Below, one piece after another: positions 34,760-43,421 of a stretch of 56,730 nucleotides of DNA; the first letter of the stretch is position 1, and each line of letters begins with the position of its first letter. The notes beneath the pieces were generated by a model. That model had not been told where the DNA came from, made no database searches, and saw only the letters and a program-made list of their open reading frames with translations. Position numbers and translations under genes: made by a program. Source of the stretch: an uncultured Candidatus Saccharibacteria bacterium (GTDB lineage: Bacteria; Patescibacteriota; Minisyncoccia; Phycocordibacterales; DATDWN01). The stretch is taken from positions 1 to 56,730 of the forward strand of contig CAYJEE010000002.1 of NCBI GenBank assembly GCA_964369145.1, given 5' to 3'.

Positions 34760-35764
34760 TTAATTATATTTTAAGGTGTTGTAGATTGAGAAATGAGGCG
34801 CTGTAATACACCCTCCTGGCACATAACCACTTCGTGGACAAGTTGGTAGGTATAGCGCATAGCTTTCACTAATCCCAGCTGCGCGTAACTGAGCCTTTAC
34901 TTGATTTACAGCTTCACGGTTATTGCTTTCAAACACTGCGCCTGCATTAGATTTTCTCGCATCTACAATCATTTTCACCGCATTGCTTGGGGTCATAGCT
35001 ACATTTCGTAGGACTGCATCCACACAAGTTCCGTTTTTATGACAACCATCACCATGGGTTCTTGTCGGAGGCCATGCTTCTGTTACCGAAAGGGGGCTTC
35101 CTTGATTAATCTGTACCAGCTGATTGCCAAACGAAGTTGTTACCGATGATCCTGTTGTACCACTTCCGCTTAAACTCACCCCATTTAAATCTGCAACTTT
35201 TACACAACCGGTGGCTGTCCCATCACCACAATCATTATAATACACACCGTTTCTATTGTATTTTCCTTTAGTCTGATCGTTTACAACGGTGGCTCCAGGT
35301 AGAGCACCGTTACCTGTTGTGTTTACCACAGGTGCAGTTATTTTTGGAGTTGTAATTTCTAAGGAAAGATTTTCAACCAAAGCAGGATTGATTGTGTACA
35401 TAATTGCATATGCAGAAATAATCAAAATAAGACCCTGGAGTATTTCCCATATTTTTCCTTTATGTTCCATTTTTACCGAAGCACTGTCGGAGAAAGCATA
35501 TTGAAAGCCATAAAACGCAAGCATAAGCATTGCGATAATAGCACCTATGCCGATAACCAGTCCGAGAAACCCAGAAAGGTATGAGTTGATATCAGAACAA
35601 TCTTTACCTGCATTGGTTCCGGTACAATTAACTGTTGTTCCAGGAAGTGGTGCAAGGACGACATACTCCCCTATCACAGGTTCTGTTGCTTGAGCATGAA
35701 CATATGCGGCAGGGATGCTAAGTGTTGTGAAGATATAAAAGAGCGCAAAAATGTATCGTTTCAT
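34760..35764 (-). CDS. VirB2/TrbC-type pilin-like N-terminus fused to a putative zinc M15-type peptidoglycan peptidase domain
   Basis: Signal peptide (..AAYVHA), LAPLPG, two TM helices separated by about 18 aa (pilin topology). C-terminal domain has H-KNG-TCVD (fits S-x-H-x-x-G-x-A-x-D apart from C for A) and the late APHFS His. Confidence 0.55.
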   Translation of the reverse strand: MKRYIFALFYIFTTLSIPAAYVHAQATEPVIGEYVVLAPLPGTTVNCTGTNAGKDCSDINSYLSGFLGLVIGIGAIIAMLMLAFYGFQYAFSDSASVKMEHKGKIWEILQGLILIISAYAIMYTINPALVENLSLEITTPKITAPVVNTTGNGALPGATVVNDQTKGKYNRNGVYYNDCGDGTATGCVKVADLNGVSLSGSGTTGSSVTTSFGNQLVQINQGSPLSVTEAWPPTRTHGDGCHKNGTCVDAVLRNVAMTPSNAVKMIVDARKSNAGAVFESNNREAVNQVKAQLRAAGISESYALYLPTCPRSGYVPGGCITAPHFSIYNTLKYN

Positions 35765-35765
35765 A

Positions 35766-36779
35766 TTATTGGTTTTGTAAAAAATCTATTGAAAGGTTGT
35801 AAGAAGTAAACTGAAGTAGTTTATTTTTTTGGAGTACTTTTAAGGCAATATTTGAAACACCAAACACTTCCCCCACTTTTCGAAACACTCGAGTGCGTAC
35901 GTTTTGTCCATCAGAAATAGTGTTTCCGTTGATAGACCAGTTGTAGGAAATACTTCCAGATCCACCTTCTGCATTACTAAAGTAATACGGTACAGCAGTA
36001 AGAGTTACTTCTTTACCACCTAAAGGTAATGTGCCTTTTATTGCTTTGTTATACTGTACTCCATAGAGAGGGTCGACAACATAAGTGATTACCTCAGGTT
36101 CAATTGGAGTTATATTAATCGTATCAAAAGCAGTGGTACCAGTGTCGGGATCGCTCACCTCGAGGTCAATTGAGAGTGGGCGAGAAATAATTGATCCAGT
36201 GATTGGTAAAGTATAACGACCATACCCATTTTGATCACCAAGTACCGTACCATTTTTACTCCATGTATATATAAGGTTTTCTTTAGGAATTTCTTTTCCA
36301 TTCACCACAATACGAGGGGTGGCAACAAATAATATGTTGCTTTGATGTGAAAATAGAGCTTTGCCTTTAAAAAAATGAGGTGTGTATGTCCGTGCTTCCC
36401 ATAGAATACTCACTGATGCAGGTACGATACTAATATTTTTTGTAAATGTTTCTGTTTTTGTATCTACAACAACGCGCACAGAGGTTTCTGTCCCAAGCTT
36501 ACCTGTTTGAGTGGATATATTTTTTACCCCCGTACCTTTACGTACTTCCGTATTGTTTACATACCAAGTTATTTGGGCGGCATCAAGGTTAAGTGAATAG
36601 GATTCAATGGTGATTTGTACCGGTTGATTTGGTCGCGGACTTGCAGGTAAGAGTCCTATAGAAATATCACTTGATTCATTAAATTGGGCAAAAACTGAGG
36701 TTGTGGTAAAAAATATACCAAATATGAACAGGAGTGCGATAGAGTTAAATAGAGAAATTTTTAGAAAACGAGATATCAT
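35766..36779 (-). CDS. secreted protein with three Ig-like repeats
   Basis: Signal peptide. A repeated motif occurs three times: ITWYVNNTEV, YTWSKNGTVL, YNWSINGNTI. Confidence 0.6.
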   Translation of the reverse strand: MISRFLKISLFNSIALLFIFGIFFTTTSVFAQFNESSDISIGLLPASPRPNQPVQITIESYSLNLDAAQITWYVNNTEVRKGTGVKNISTQTGKLGTETSVRVVVDTKTETFTKNISIVPASVSILWEARTYTPHFFKGKALFSHQSNILFVATPRIVVNGKEIPKENLIYTWSKNGTVLGDQNGYGRYTLPITGSIISRPLSIDLEVSDPDTGTTAFDTINITPIEPEVITYVVDPLYGVQYNKAIKGTLPLGGKEVTLTAVPYYFSNAEGGSGSISYNWSINGNTISDGQNVRTRVFRKVGEVFGVSNIALKVLQKNKLLQFTSYNLSIDFLQNQ

Positions 36780-36833
36780 ATTAAACCTATTTTATCACAG
36801 ACTACATAGAAAACAGGTGGGGGTTGTTAACAG

Positions 36834-37406
36834 TTAAGCAGCTTTCTTTTGATTTTGAATCCGTTGAGTATTTTTTTCTCTCATATAGAGTACGTTTCCT
36901 CTGTTTGCAGATTGGGCACTTAAGCCAACTTTTGCAGTGTCAGTTGTGGTTGTACGGGTAGTATTAGTTGCTGTAATGTTTGAGTTAACTGCCATGCTTA
37001 TAACTTTTCCACCAGGTACTTTTTCGGCAACTTCTGCAATTTTAGTTGTTGAAATGGTGTACCAAACTGCGAAAGTCCAAGTTGGAATTATATTTAACAC
37101 AGGGATAAGTTCAATAAGCCACCCTCCCCCTATTGCCACAAGACGCTTAGGTGATGAAAAACTAACATCGTGTGTTTTGAACCATACATAAAAAGTTAAT
37201 CCAGCAAATACAGCAATAAAACTGTTAGCTATAGCTCCAATTACAAAAAAAATAAGGATTGCCTGAAGTGCGTCAAAAAAAAGTGCAGTAATAGTCATCA
37301 TAACTATTGTACTTTTCGGCAAAGAACTTTGTGGTTTTTCCTGAACTTCTTCTTTCTTGTCAGGATTCCATCTATTTTGCGCACGGATTTGTTCGAGTTC
37401 GTCCAT
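36834..37406 (-). CDS. polytopic membrane protein (about 4 TM), T4SS-locus associated
   Basis: 190 aa. Cytoplasmic N-terminus, four hydrophobic helices, T/N-rich tail. Confidence 0.55.
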   Translation of the reverse strand: MDELEQIRAQNRWNPDKKEEVQEKPQSSLPKSTIVMMTITALFFDALQAILIFFVIGAIANSFIAVFAGLTFYVWFKTHDVSFSSPKRLVAIGGGWLIELIPVLNIIPTWTFAVWYTISTTKIAEVAEKVPGGKVISMAVNSNITATNTTRTTTTDTAKVGLSAQSANRGNVLYMREKNTQRIQNQKKAA

Positions 37407-37426
37407 AATATCTCATATTATACAAC

Positions 37427-39232
37427 CTATTGTGACAATAAGTCAGACTTTGCCTTTTTAATAGCAAGAATTTGAGATGGATCAGATGTAATAATTTGAT
37501 CTTCAGTGTATGAAGCAATAATCTTGATCGCTACATGTTTGAGACCTGCAAAGAAGATACCCTCCCCTACATCTGATTCGAGAAGAAGATATTTTTCTTC
37601 ATCAGTCAGGTTGAACGTCTGCTGGAGTTTATCCATTGAAGTTGGAGATTGTTTGAGGAGGATTTGGATAGAAGAGTTAGTAATAATCGGCATTCCGTAT
37701 GGAGATTTCAAAAAGTCATCCACGTCTTGAGTGATAGTGGCAAGTCCGAGGAAGTATTTTCGTCCTCGTTTTGCAAGTGAAAGGAGGAATGAGGCGGTGT
37801 CTTCTGACTTCATCATCCACCACGCCTCATCGATTACAAGCAGGCGTTTCTTGAGCTCTTTTCGAATAGCTGCCCAGATATAATGCATAATAATATACAT
37901 TGCAATCGGCTTGAGCTCGTCTTCCATATCGCGCACTGAGAATACGATAAACTTTTTATTGATATCGATATTGGTCGGTCGGTTGATAAATCCTGCCCAG
38001 GTACCTTTAGTATATTTTGTGAGGCGTTGTGCGAGAGACTCCCCTCCTTCCATACCAGAAAGCACCATCTCAAAATCAGAAAGAAGCGGAGGTTCAATGT
38101 TTTTAAAATCAGAGTCAGCAGTAATGTCTTTCAGTGCGTATGTTTCTGTGATGGCTCGGTCGACAATCGCGTCTTCTTCAGGAGTGAGTCCACCAAGCAT
38201 AATGCGGAAAAGCCCTACGAGGTTGATAATGTTGCTTCGAAGTACACTCGCGCCCGACTCATCTTCGCCAGGTATTGGAAGGTCAAATGGGTTTATATGG
38301 TGCTCAGAGTTTAATGATATTTTAAAATATCTTCCACCCACCGCTTCGGCCATGTATTCATATTCATTTTCAGGGTCGATCACCATCACTGATGTATCAA
38401 ACATAAGTGTTCGGAGGATTTCGAGTTTTGTTGCATATGATTTACCTGAACCAGATTTTGCAAAGGTAATCGAGTTGTAGTTCTCAAGAGAAAAGCGGTC
38501 AAAGAGCACAAGAGATGAGTTGTGGCGGTTGATACCATACAAAATTCCTTTGTCAGAGGTGAGGTCAAAAGAAATAAATGGGAAAAGGCTTGAGAGTGGA
38601 GAGGAGTTGAGTTTGCTGTGTATTTCAAGCTGGTCTGTGCCAAGAGGAAGCACGGTTTTAAATGCTTGTTCTTGTTGAAAGAGGGCTGGTTTTACATATA
38701 CCAGTTTTGCTTCGAGGATTGATTTGATCTCAGACTCCATTTTATCAAGCTCTGCTTCAGAGTCTCCATACATGGTGATATAAAGACCTACATTAAAGAG
38801 TTTTTCTTGTGCTTGCTGGAGTTGGTCTCGGAGATTTTCAAGATCTTGGTATGCAGTATCAAGCATCGGGTTTCGTACTTGCCCCCTCGCCTCTCGAGCC
38901 ATGATCTGGCTTTGTACCTCAGCAACCTTTTTCTGGAATGTACGGAGAACGTCGGAAGTTTCAATTGGGTGTACAAAAATAGAAATATCAAACACTTTGT
39001 CGAGGTTGATGATTGGTGAAAACCAATTTTCTCCAAGGAATCGAGGGTATGAGATAACAAAAAAACTTCGAAGCACTTTTTCTCCAAGGTTGATCTCTTT
39101 TGGTGAAATCTTCAAAGCACTTGGAGCAATAATATCTTGTAGCTCAAGAGTACCCGCCTCATATATTTCCTGAGGAATGATGGAAGAGATCGAAGGTTCT
39201 TCTTTTTTTTGTAAAAAATCAAATATTCCCAT
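37427..39232 (-). CDS. virB4: VirB4/TrbE/TraC-family type IV secretion ATPase
   Basis: 601 aa. Walker A FAKSGSGKSYA, Walker B RLLVIDEAWWMM (the DEAW signature), C-terminal RKYFLGLATITQ motif, and a Gram-positive-type N-domain. Confidence 0.85.
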   Translation of the reverse strand: MGIFDFLQKKEEPSISSIIPQEIYEAGTLELQDIIAPSALKISPKEINLGEKVLRSFFVISYPRFLGENWFSPIINLDKVFDISIFVHPIETSDVLRTFQKKVAEVQSQIMAREARGQVRNPMLDTAYQDLENLRDQLQQAQEKLFNVGLYITMYGDSEAELDKMESEIKSILEAKLVYVKPALFQQEQAFKTVLPLGTDQLEIHSKLNSSPLSSLFPFISFDLTSDKGILYGINRHNSSLVLFDRFSLENYNSITFAKSGSGKSYATKLEILRTLMFDTSVMVIDPENEYEYMAEAVGGRYFKISLNSEHHINPFDLPIPGEDESGASVLRSNIINLVGLFRIMLGGLTPEEDAIVDRAITETYALKDITADSDFKNIEPPLLSDFEMVLSGMEGGESLAQRLTKYTKGTWAGFINRPTNIDINKKFIVFSVRDMEDELKPIAMYIIMHYIWAAIRKELKKRLLVIDEAWWMMKSEDTASFLLSLAKRGRKYFLGLATITQDVDDFLKSPYGMPIITNSSIQILLKQSPTSMDKLQQTFNLTDEEKYLLLESDVGEGIFFAGLKHVAIKIIASYTEDQIITSDPSQILAIKKAKSDLLSQ

Positions 39233-39237
39233 GATGT

Positions 39238-39876
39238 TTAACTAATTTGTATCGGCTTCTCTGTTTCTCCAGGATTGAAGATTTTATAGAATAATTCTAC
39301 CACCTCTTCTGTACCGAGGTGTGCGACTCGAATCCCACAACGCACGAGCCCTTGCTCGACGATCGCCATGCGTTGTTCGAGTTGGGTTCTGTTTTCTTCA
39401 AAATTCTCCATACGTTTTTTTATGTCCGCATCATTATCTTTTTTTCCAAAAAGACTGCTCGGATTAATACCTTTTCCTTGGATGAGTGCGGGTGTATATG
39501 GCACCACCACAAAGAAACTTTTGGTCATAATGTTGGTAGACTCAGTAAAATTTTTAATAAACTCAATGTATTCCTGAGTTTGTATTTTCATCAAGTCATT
39601 CATTTGCTCTTTGTAGCGTCCCTCAAGAAGTGCGATGTACGGCCGTATATCGAGTTTTCGTGATTGGATAAAAATCTGAAGTGGAAAATCAAGGGAGTTG
39701 AGAAAATCTTGGAACTGATACAAAATACCTTTGCGCTCATCTTCGGATTTGAGAGAAAAGTTTAAAGAAGATGCGAGAAGCACTGCTCGCATAGAGTTGT
39801 CTTTCAGAAGTACTACCCCATCACGTACTTCTTTAATAGGAACAAAATCTTGAGTTGCTTTAGACGGAATAGCCAT
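39238..39876 (-). CDS. hypothetical protein resembling a stand-alone VirB4 N-terminal domain
   Basis: The ORF opens at 39972, but MAIPSKATQDF at 39876 follows the upstream stop. The pattern VPIKEVRDGVVLLKDNSMRAVLLASSLNFSLKSEDE...LQIFIQSRKLDI parallels the N-domain of the adjacent VirB4 (LRSFFVISYPRF...ISIFVHPIETSD). Confidence 0.5.
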   Translation of the reverse strand: MAIPSKATQDFVPIKEVRDGVVLLKDNSMRAVLLASSLNFSLKSEDERKGILYQFQDFLNSLDFPLQIFIQSRKLDIRPYIALLEGRYKEQMNDLMKIQTQEYIEFIKNFTESTNIMTKSFFVVVPYTPALIQGKGINPSSLFGKKDNDADIKKRMENFEENRTQLEQRMAIVEQGLVRCGIRVAHLGTEEVVELFYKIFNPGETEKPIQIS

Positions 39877-39902
39877 AGAACAATTGTAACATACAATTAA
39901 TT

Positions 39903-40340
39903 TTAAATTTGAAATTTGTTCCCCTCTTCTCGTGTGACTGGGTTTTGGTTTTCTTTTATATCCAAACTCCATGTAAGCTCCTTGAGCTTACTATCTGAAA
40001 GTTTTGGTACATACATTTGTGCAGGTGCTTGTTTCTCGGCGCTTTTTGGTGTGACTGTTCGTTCTCTTTTTTTCCATATGTACAGTTTTTCTCCGAGGTA
40101 GTATTGAACACCTGCTTCAAGAAGGTCAATAAAAGGCTTGTTGTTGTAACGAAAAAAGGCAAGGGCTCCTCCGAGTGTGGCGATACCCGCGATAGCCATA
40201 ATCGCAAAAATAAGGGGTAGAAAACGATATGCTATCATCGACATACCCGCCGCTCCTGCTAGGTATAAGAATTGTTTCAAGGTTAAAGGACCAACGATTT
40301 TGTCTTCTATTTCAATAAATTGTGGTACTTGGAATCTCAT
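39903..40340 (-). CDS. PrgI-family (VirB3-like) membrane protein
   Basis: MRFQVPQFIEIEDKIVGPLTLKQFLYLAG followed by two TM helices. This is the signature I associate with PrgI-family proteins of monoderm T4SSs. Confidence 0.7.
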   Translation of the reverse strand: MRFQVPQFIEIEDKIVGPLTLKQFLYLAGAAGMSMIAYRFLPLIFAIMAIAGIATLGGALAFFRYNNKPFIDLLEAGVQYYLGEKLYIWKKRERTVTPKSAEKQAPAQMYVPKLSDSKLKELTWSLDIKENQNPVTREEGNKFQI

Positions 40341-40384
40341 GGTGTTGTGACTATAAGGGCTTTCGACTTGATAGGCTGCATAGA

Positions 40385-41059
40385 CTATTCAATCGGTTCT
40401 CGATATGGATCAACTGAGTATGTCTTCGGTGTGTCTACTGGTGGAGTGGATAGTGTGCTTGGTTGTGTTAGTTTTTGGGTGATAAATGAGCGAGGACTTT
40501 GAGGAACAAATGGTTGCTCCATAGGTGGTGTGAAGGTTGATTGTTGAGGAACAGGTGTTTCTTGGGGTGTCAGGTTTTCTTGTTGTGTTGGTTGAGCAAA
40601 AAAGTCTTTTACCTCATCTCGTAACAAGGTTGCTGTCGGTGTGGTTGAGACGACTACAGGCACCTTCTCTTTTATAAACTCCTCGATTATCTCACCGGGG
40701 AGGTTTGGAGGAGGAATATCGAGAGTGTTTTCTTTTATTTCTGGGGTTTGTTTTTGTTCGATTTTTTTCATTGCCCAAGCGAATATTCTTTCTTCAATTT
40801 CTTCTACGATTTGCTCAGCGAGAATACTTGAAATATCAAGCTCTTCTTCTATTGTTTCATTGAGTAAATCTGGTGATTGTAGATTGAGAAATGTAAATAA
40901 TATTTCGTAACCCAAGCTATCAATTTGTTCTACAGTGAGAGAATATTTTTGCCCAATTTCTTGCACTCTTTTGAGCCACTCCGAAGAACCGATAATGCTT
41001 TTTACATCATCTGAAAGAGTTTTATACGCATCTTTAATTATTTGTTCTTCGTTTTCCAT
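40385..41059 (-). CDS. hypothetical cytoplasmic protein, acidic N-half and P/Q/T-rich C-half
   Basis: The ORF opens at 41131, but MENEEQII at 41059 follows the upstream stop at 41064. Confidence 0.5.
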   Translation of the reverse strand: MENEEQIIKDAYKTLSDDVKSIIGSSEWLKRVQEIGQKYSLTVEQIDSLGYEILFTFLNLQSPDLLNETIEEELDISSILAEQIVEEIEERIFAWAMKKIEQKQTPEIKENTLDIPPPNLPGEIIEEFIKEKVPVVVSTTPTATLLRDEVKDFFAQPTQQENLTPQETPVPQQSTFTPPMEQPFVPQSPRSFITQKLTQPSTLSTPPVDTPKTYSVDPYREPIE

Positions 41060-41063
41060 GTTT

Positions 41064-43415
41064 TTATGGTGTTGGTGGTGTGGCTGGTGGCGTTGCGGGA
41101 GCTGCCGCAGATGCCGCATCATCTGCTGCATTATCAGCTTCTTCTTTTGCTATCGCTTTCAATTCTTCTTCCACAGATTTCTTTTTCTTTAAGCCTTTTT
41201 TGTATGCACGCGCACGGTCCTTATTAAATTCAGGAACACTCTCATTAAAGTACATCCATGGCATCCAAGCACTCTTTTGACTACCCACTCTCTCTGCAAT
41301 TGCTTTAGCACGTATATCTGATTGAGGAAGAACCTCACGAGTTTTAACCTGGCCTTGAAGATATTTATTTTCTTTACCGTATTTTTTCTCATCCTGGCCA
41401 CCTTTAATCGCAATAAGTTTTTCTTGTACTCCTGATATCCATGACTCATATCCTGCTTCCTGCCATTTTTCAAAGTTCTCTCCCAAATCCTTCGTTGCTT
41501 TGTCATATGCACCTGTTTTTTGTTTGACCACATTTTTGGTGTTTATAATCTTAGCTTCAATATCAGTAATAGGTTTACGTTGCTCATCAATCTGAGCCCG
41601 TATTGCTTCACGCGCAGCGTCATCAGTGGCTGCTGTAAGCTGTCTCTGAAGATTCATGTATGCAGTAGATTGTTCAATTGTATTTGTAATTGATGTGAGT
41701 TCTGTCTGGGCAGCAGTAAGAGCTGTTTCAGCTTTAGCTTTTTCACTAACTGCAGTATTAAGAGCTTTTTGACGTTTTGCCCTTTCATCAGCAACCTCTT
41801 TAACACGCTCTGCGCTCGCAAAGTAATCATCTCTTTCTTTCTTCTCTTGTGCTTTAAATGCGTCACTTTTAAGAGTTTCTTCAGCTTTAGCTACAGCTCG
41901 ATCAGATGGTTTGATAAGTTCCAAAAGCTCTTTATCCTCCTTCTTCTTTTCTTTTAGATAACTATCGTACCCACCCTTAATACCTTTACCTGCCCCAGCT
42001 TTAGAAAGTTGGTCGCCAAGCATGCTTGCATTACGAAAATCAAAAGAAGAGTCTGCAGTAGTTTTTGCGCCCTGTAAGGTCCATTTTGCAAACTTACCTG
42101 TGATACCACCTTTCTCTACTCTCTCTCGTAGCATGTCGCTATCAGCGACCGCGCGGCCAAGTCGTCCAAAAGTTTGTGTACCTGCTCGTGCTGCTCCTCC
42201 AAAGACTGCCCCACCAAGATACCCTGTGCCTTTGTCGATAAGTTTTGAACCCACCATTCCTCCTTTTGTTGCAATACTTTTTGAAAGGATAATGCTAGTA
42301 ATCAAAAGTCCGATTATGAGTATGTAGTTAATAATAAGACTAATTGAACTTCCATCTGGTCGTGACAATGCATCTCCGAGAGTTCCTGTTACTGTTGATT
42401 TTAGAAAATTACCATCCCCTGCAAGACTCAGAGTGACCCATGTGAGAAGCATGTACACAGGGGCAAAAAGCGCCTGACTCATAAGGGTCTGCGAGTATTT
42501 CTTTTTTAGATCATCAAGTCCTGGTACTGCCATTGCTATAAAAAAGAAAGGTGACATGATAAGTAGAATAATGAAGGATAGGTAGCGAATAAGAAACATA
42601 AGACCTACTGCCAAAAAGACAAAGGCGGCTATAAGCATAAAAAGTGTGTTTCCGATAAATACAGTAGCTCCTTGAGATCCTGAAAGGGCAATAGTGGCAA
42701 TATTTGTAGGATTGTACAGACTTGAAAGACGTAATGCTTTCATAAATGATCCGGTCAGACCAAAATTTGTTTCATAACCAGCAATCTTTGTAGTGCCTGA
42801 TGATACGATGGACTTATAGAATCCAAGTGTGACCACATTTGATGCGTCAATGATAACTTTTGTGAAAAAAAGGCTGAAGTTTACCAACACTGCAGCTATA
42901 ATAATGCTTGAGACAACTTTTTTTATTCCAGCACCACCCAGTCCGAGTACCATACGGATACCTTCGTAGAGTAATATAAAAATAAAAGCCATGTTTCCGA
43001 GATCTCGAATCACTTTCCATGTATTATTGATTGCCACAATATCCTTTAAATTTTGAGCTAATTCAACTACACTTAGTTTGATTATGTAATCTAAAATGAG
43101 ACCACTAAAGGCTAAAAAGGCTGCTGCAACACCCATTAAAACCACAAAGACAGGAATAAGAAAAGTGGATACTACTCCCCCTGCAATATCAACAGCGGTA
43201 CTTATGACTTTTCCTGTGGTAGGCTGGCTTGCTTTAATTCTTGCTATATCTTCAGGTGTTCCATATTGTGCTAAACAATCCTCATAAACTCCCCCATTTG
43301 ACATACAGCCAGCAAATGCGTCATTTTGCCCTTGAACAGGAACAGGAATCACACTTAAGGTAATAAGTGTGATAAATCCAAGTGATACTAATATTTTTTG
43401 TGCGACAGATTTCAT
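41064..43415 (-). CDS. VirB6/TrbL-like polytopic membrane protein with a long charged coiled-coil tail
   Basis: 783 aa. Signal peptide, at least six TM helices over residues ~80-400, then a ~300-aa K/E/A-rich helical tail ending in AAPATPPATPPTP. Confidence 0.6.
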   Translation of the reverse strand: MKSVAQKILVSLGFITLITLSVIPVPVQGQNDAFAGCMSNGGVYEDCLAQYGTPEDIARIKASQPTTGKVISTAVDIAGGVVSTFLIPVFVVLMGVAAAFLAFSGLILDYIIKLSVVELAQNLKDIVAINNTWKVIRDLGNMAFIFILLYEGIRMVLGLGGAGIKKVVSSIIIAAVLVNFSLFFTKVIIDASNVVTLGFYKSIVSSGTTKIAGYETNFGLTGSFMKALRLSSLYNPTNIATIALSGSQGATVFIGNTLFMLIAAFVFLAVGLMFLIRYLSFIILLIMSPFFFIAMAVPGLDDLKKKYSQTLMSQALFAPVYMLLTWVTLSLAGDGNFLKSTVTGTLGDALSRPDGSSISLIINYILIIGLLITSIILSKSIATKGGMVGSKLIDKGTGYLGGAVFGGAARAGTQTFGRLGRAVADSDMLRERVEKGGITGKFAKWTLQGAKTTADSSFDFRNASMLGDQLSKAGAGKGIKGGYDSYLKEKKKEDKELLELIKPSDRAVAKAEETLKSDAFKAQEKKERDDYFASAERVKEVADERAKRQKALNTAVSEKAKAETALTAAQTELTSITNTIEQSTAYMNLQRQLTAATDDAAREAIRAQIDEQRKPITDIEAKIINTKNVVKQKTGAYDKATKDLGENFEKWQEAGYESWISGVQEKLIAIKGGQDEKKYGKENKYLQGQVKTREVLPQSDIRAKAIAERVGSQKSAWMPWMYFNESVPEFNKDRARAYKKGLKKKKSVEEELKAIAKEEADNAADDAASAAAPATPPATPPTP

Positions 43416-43421
43416 TGTTGT

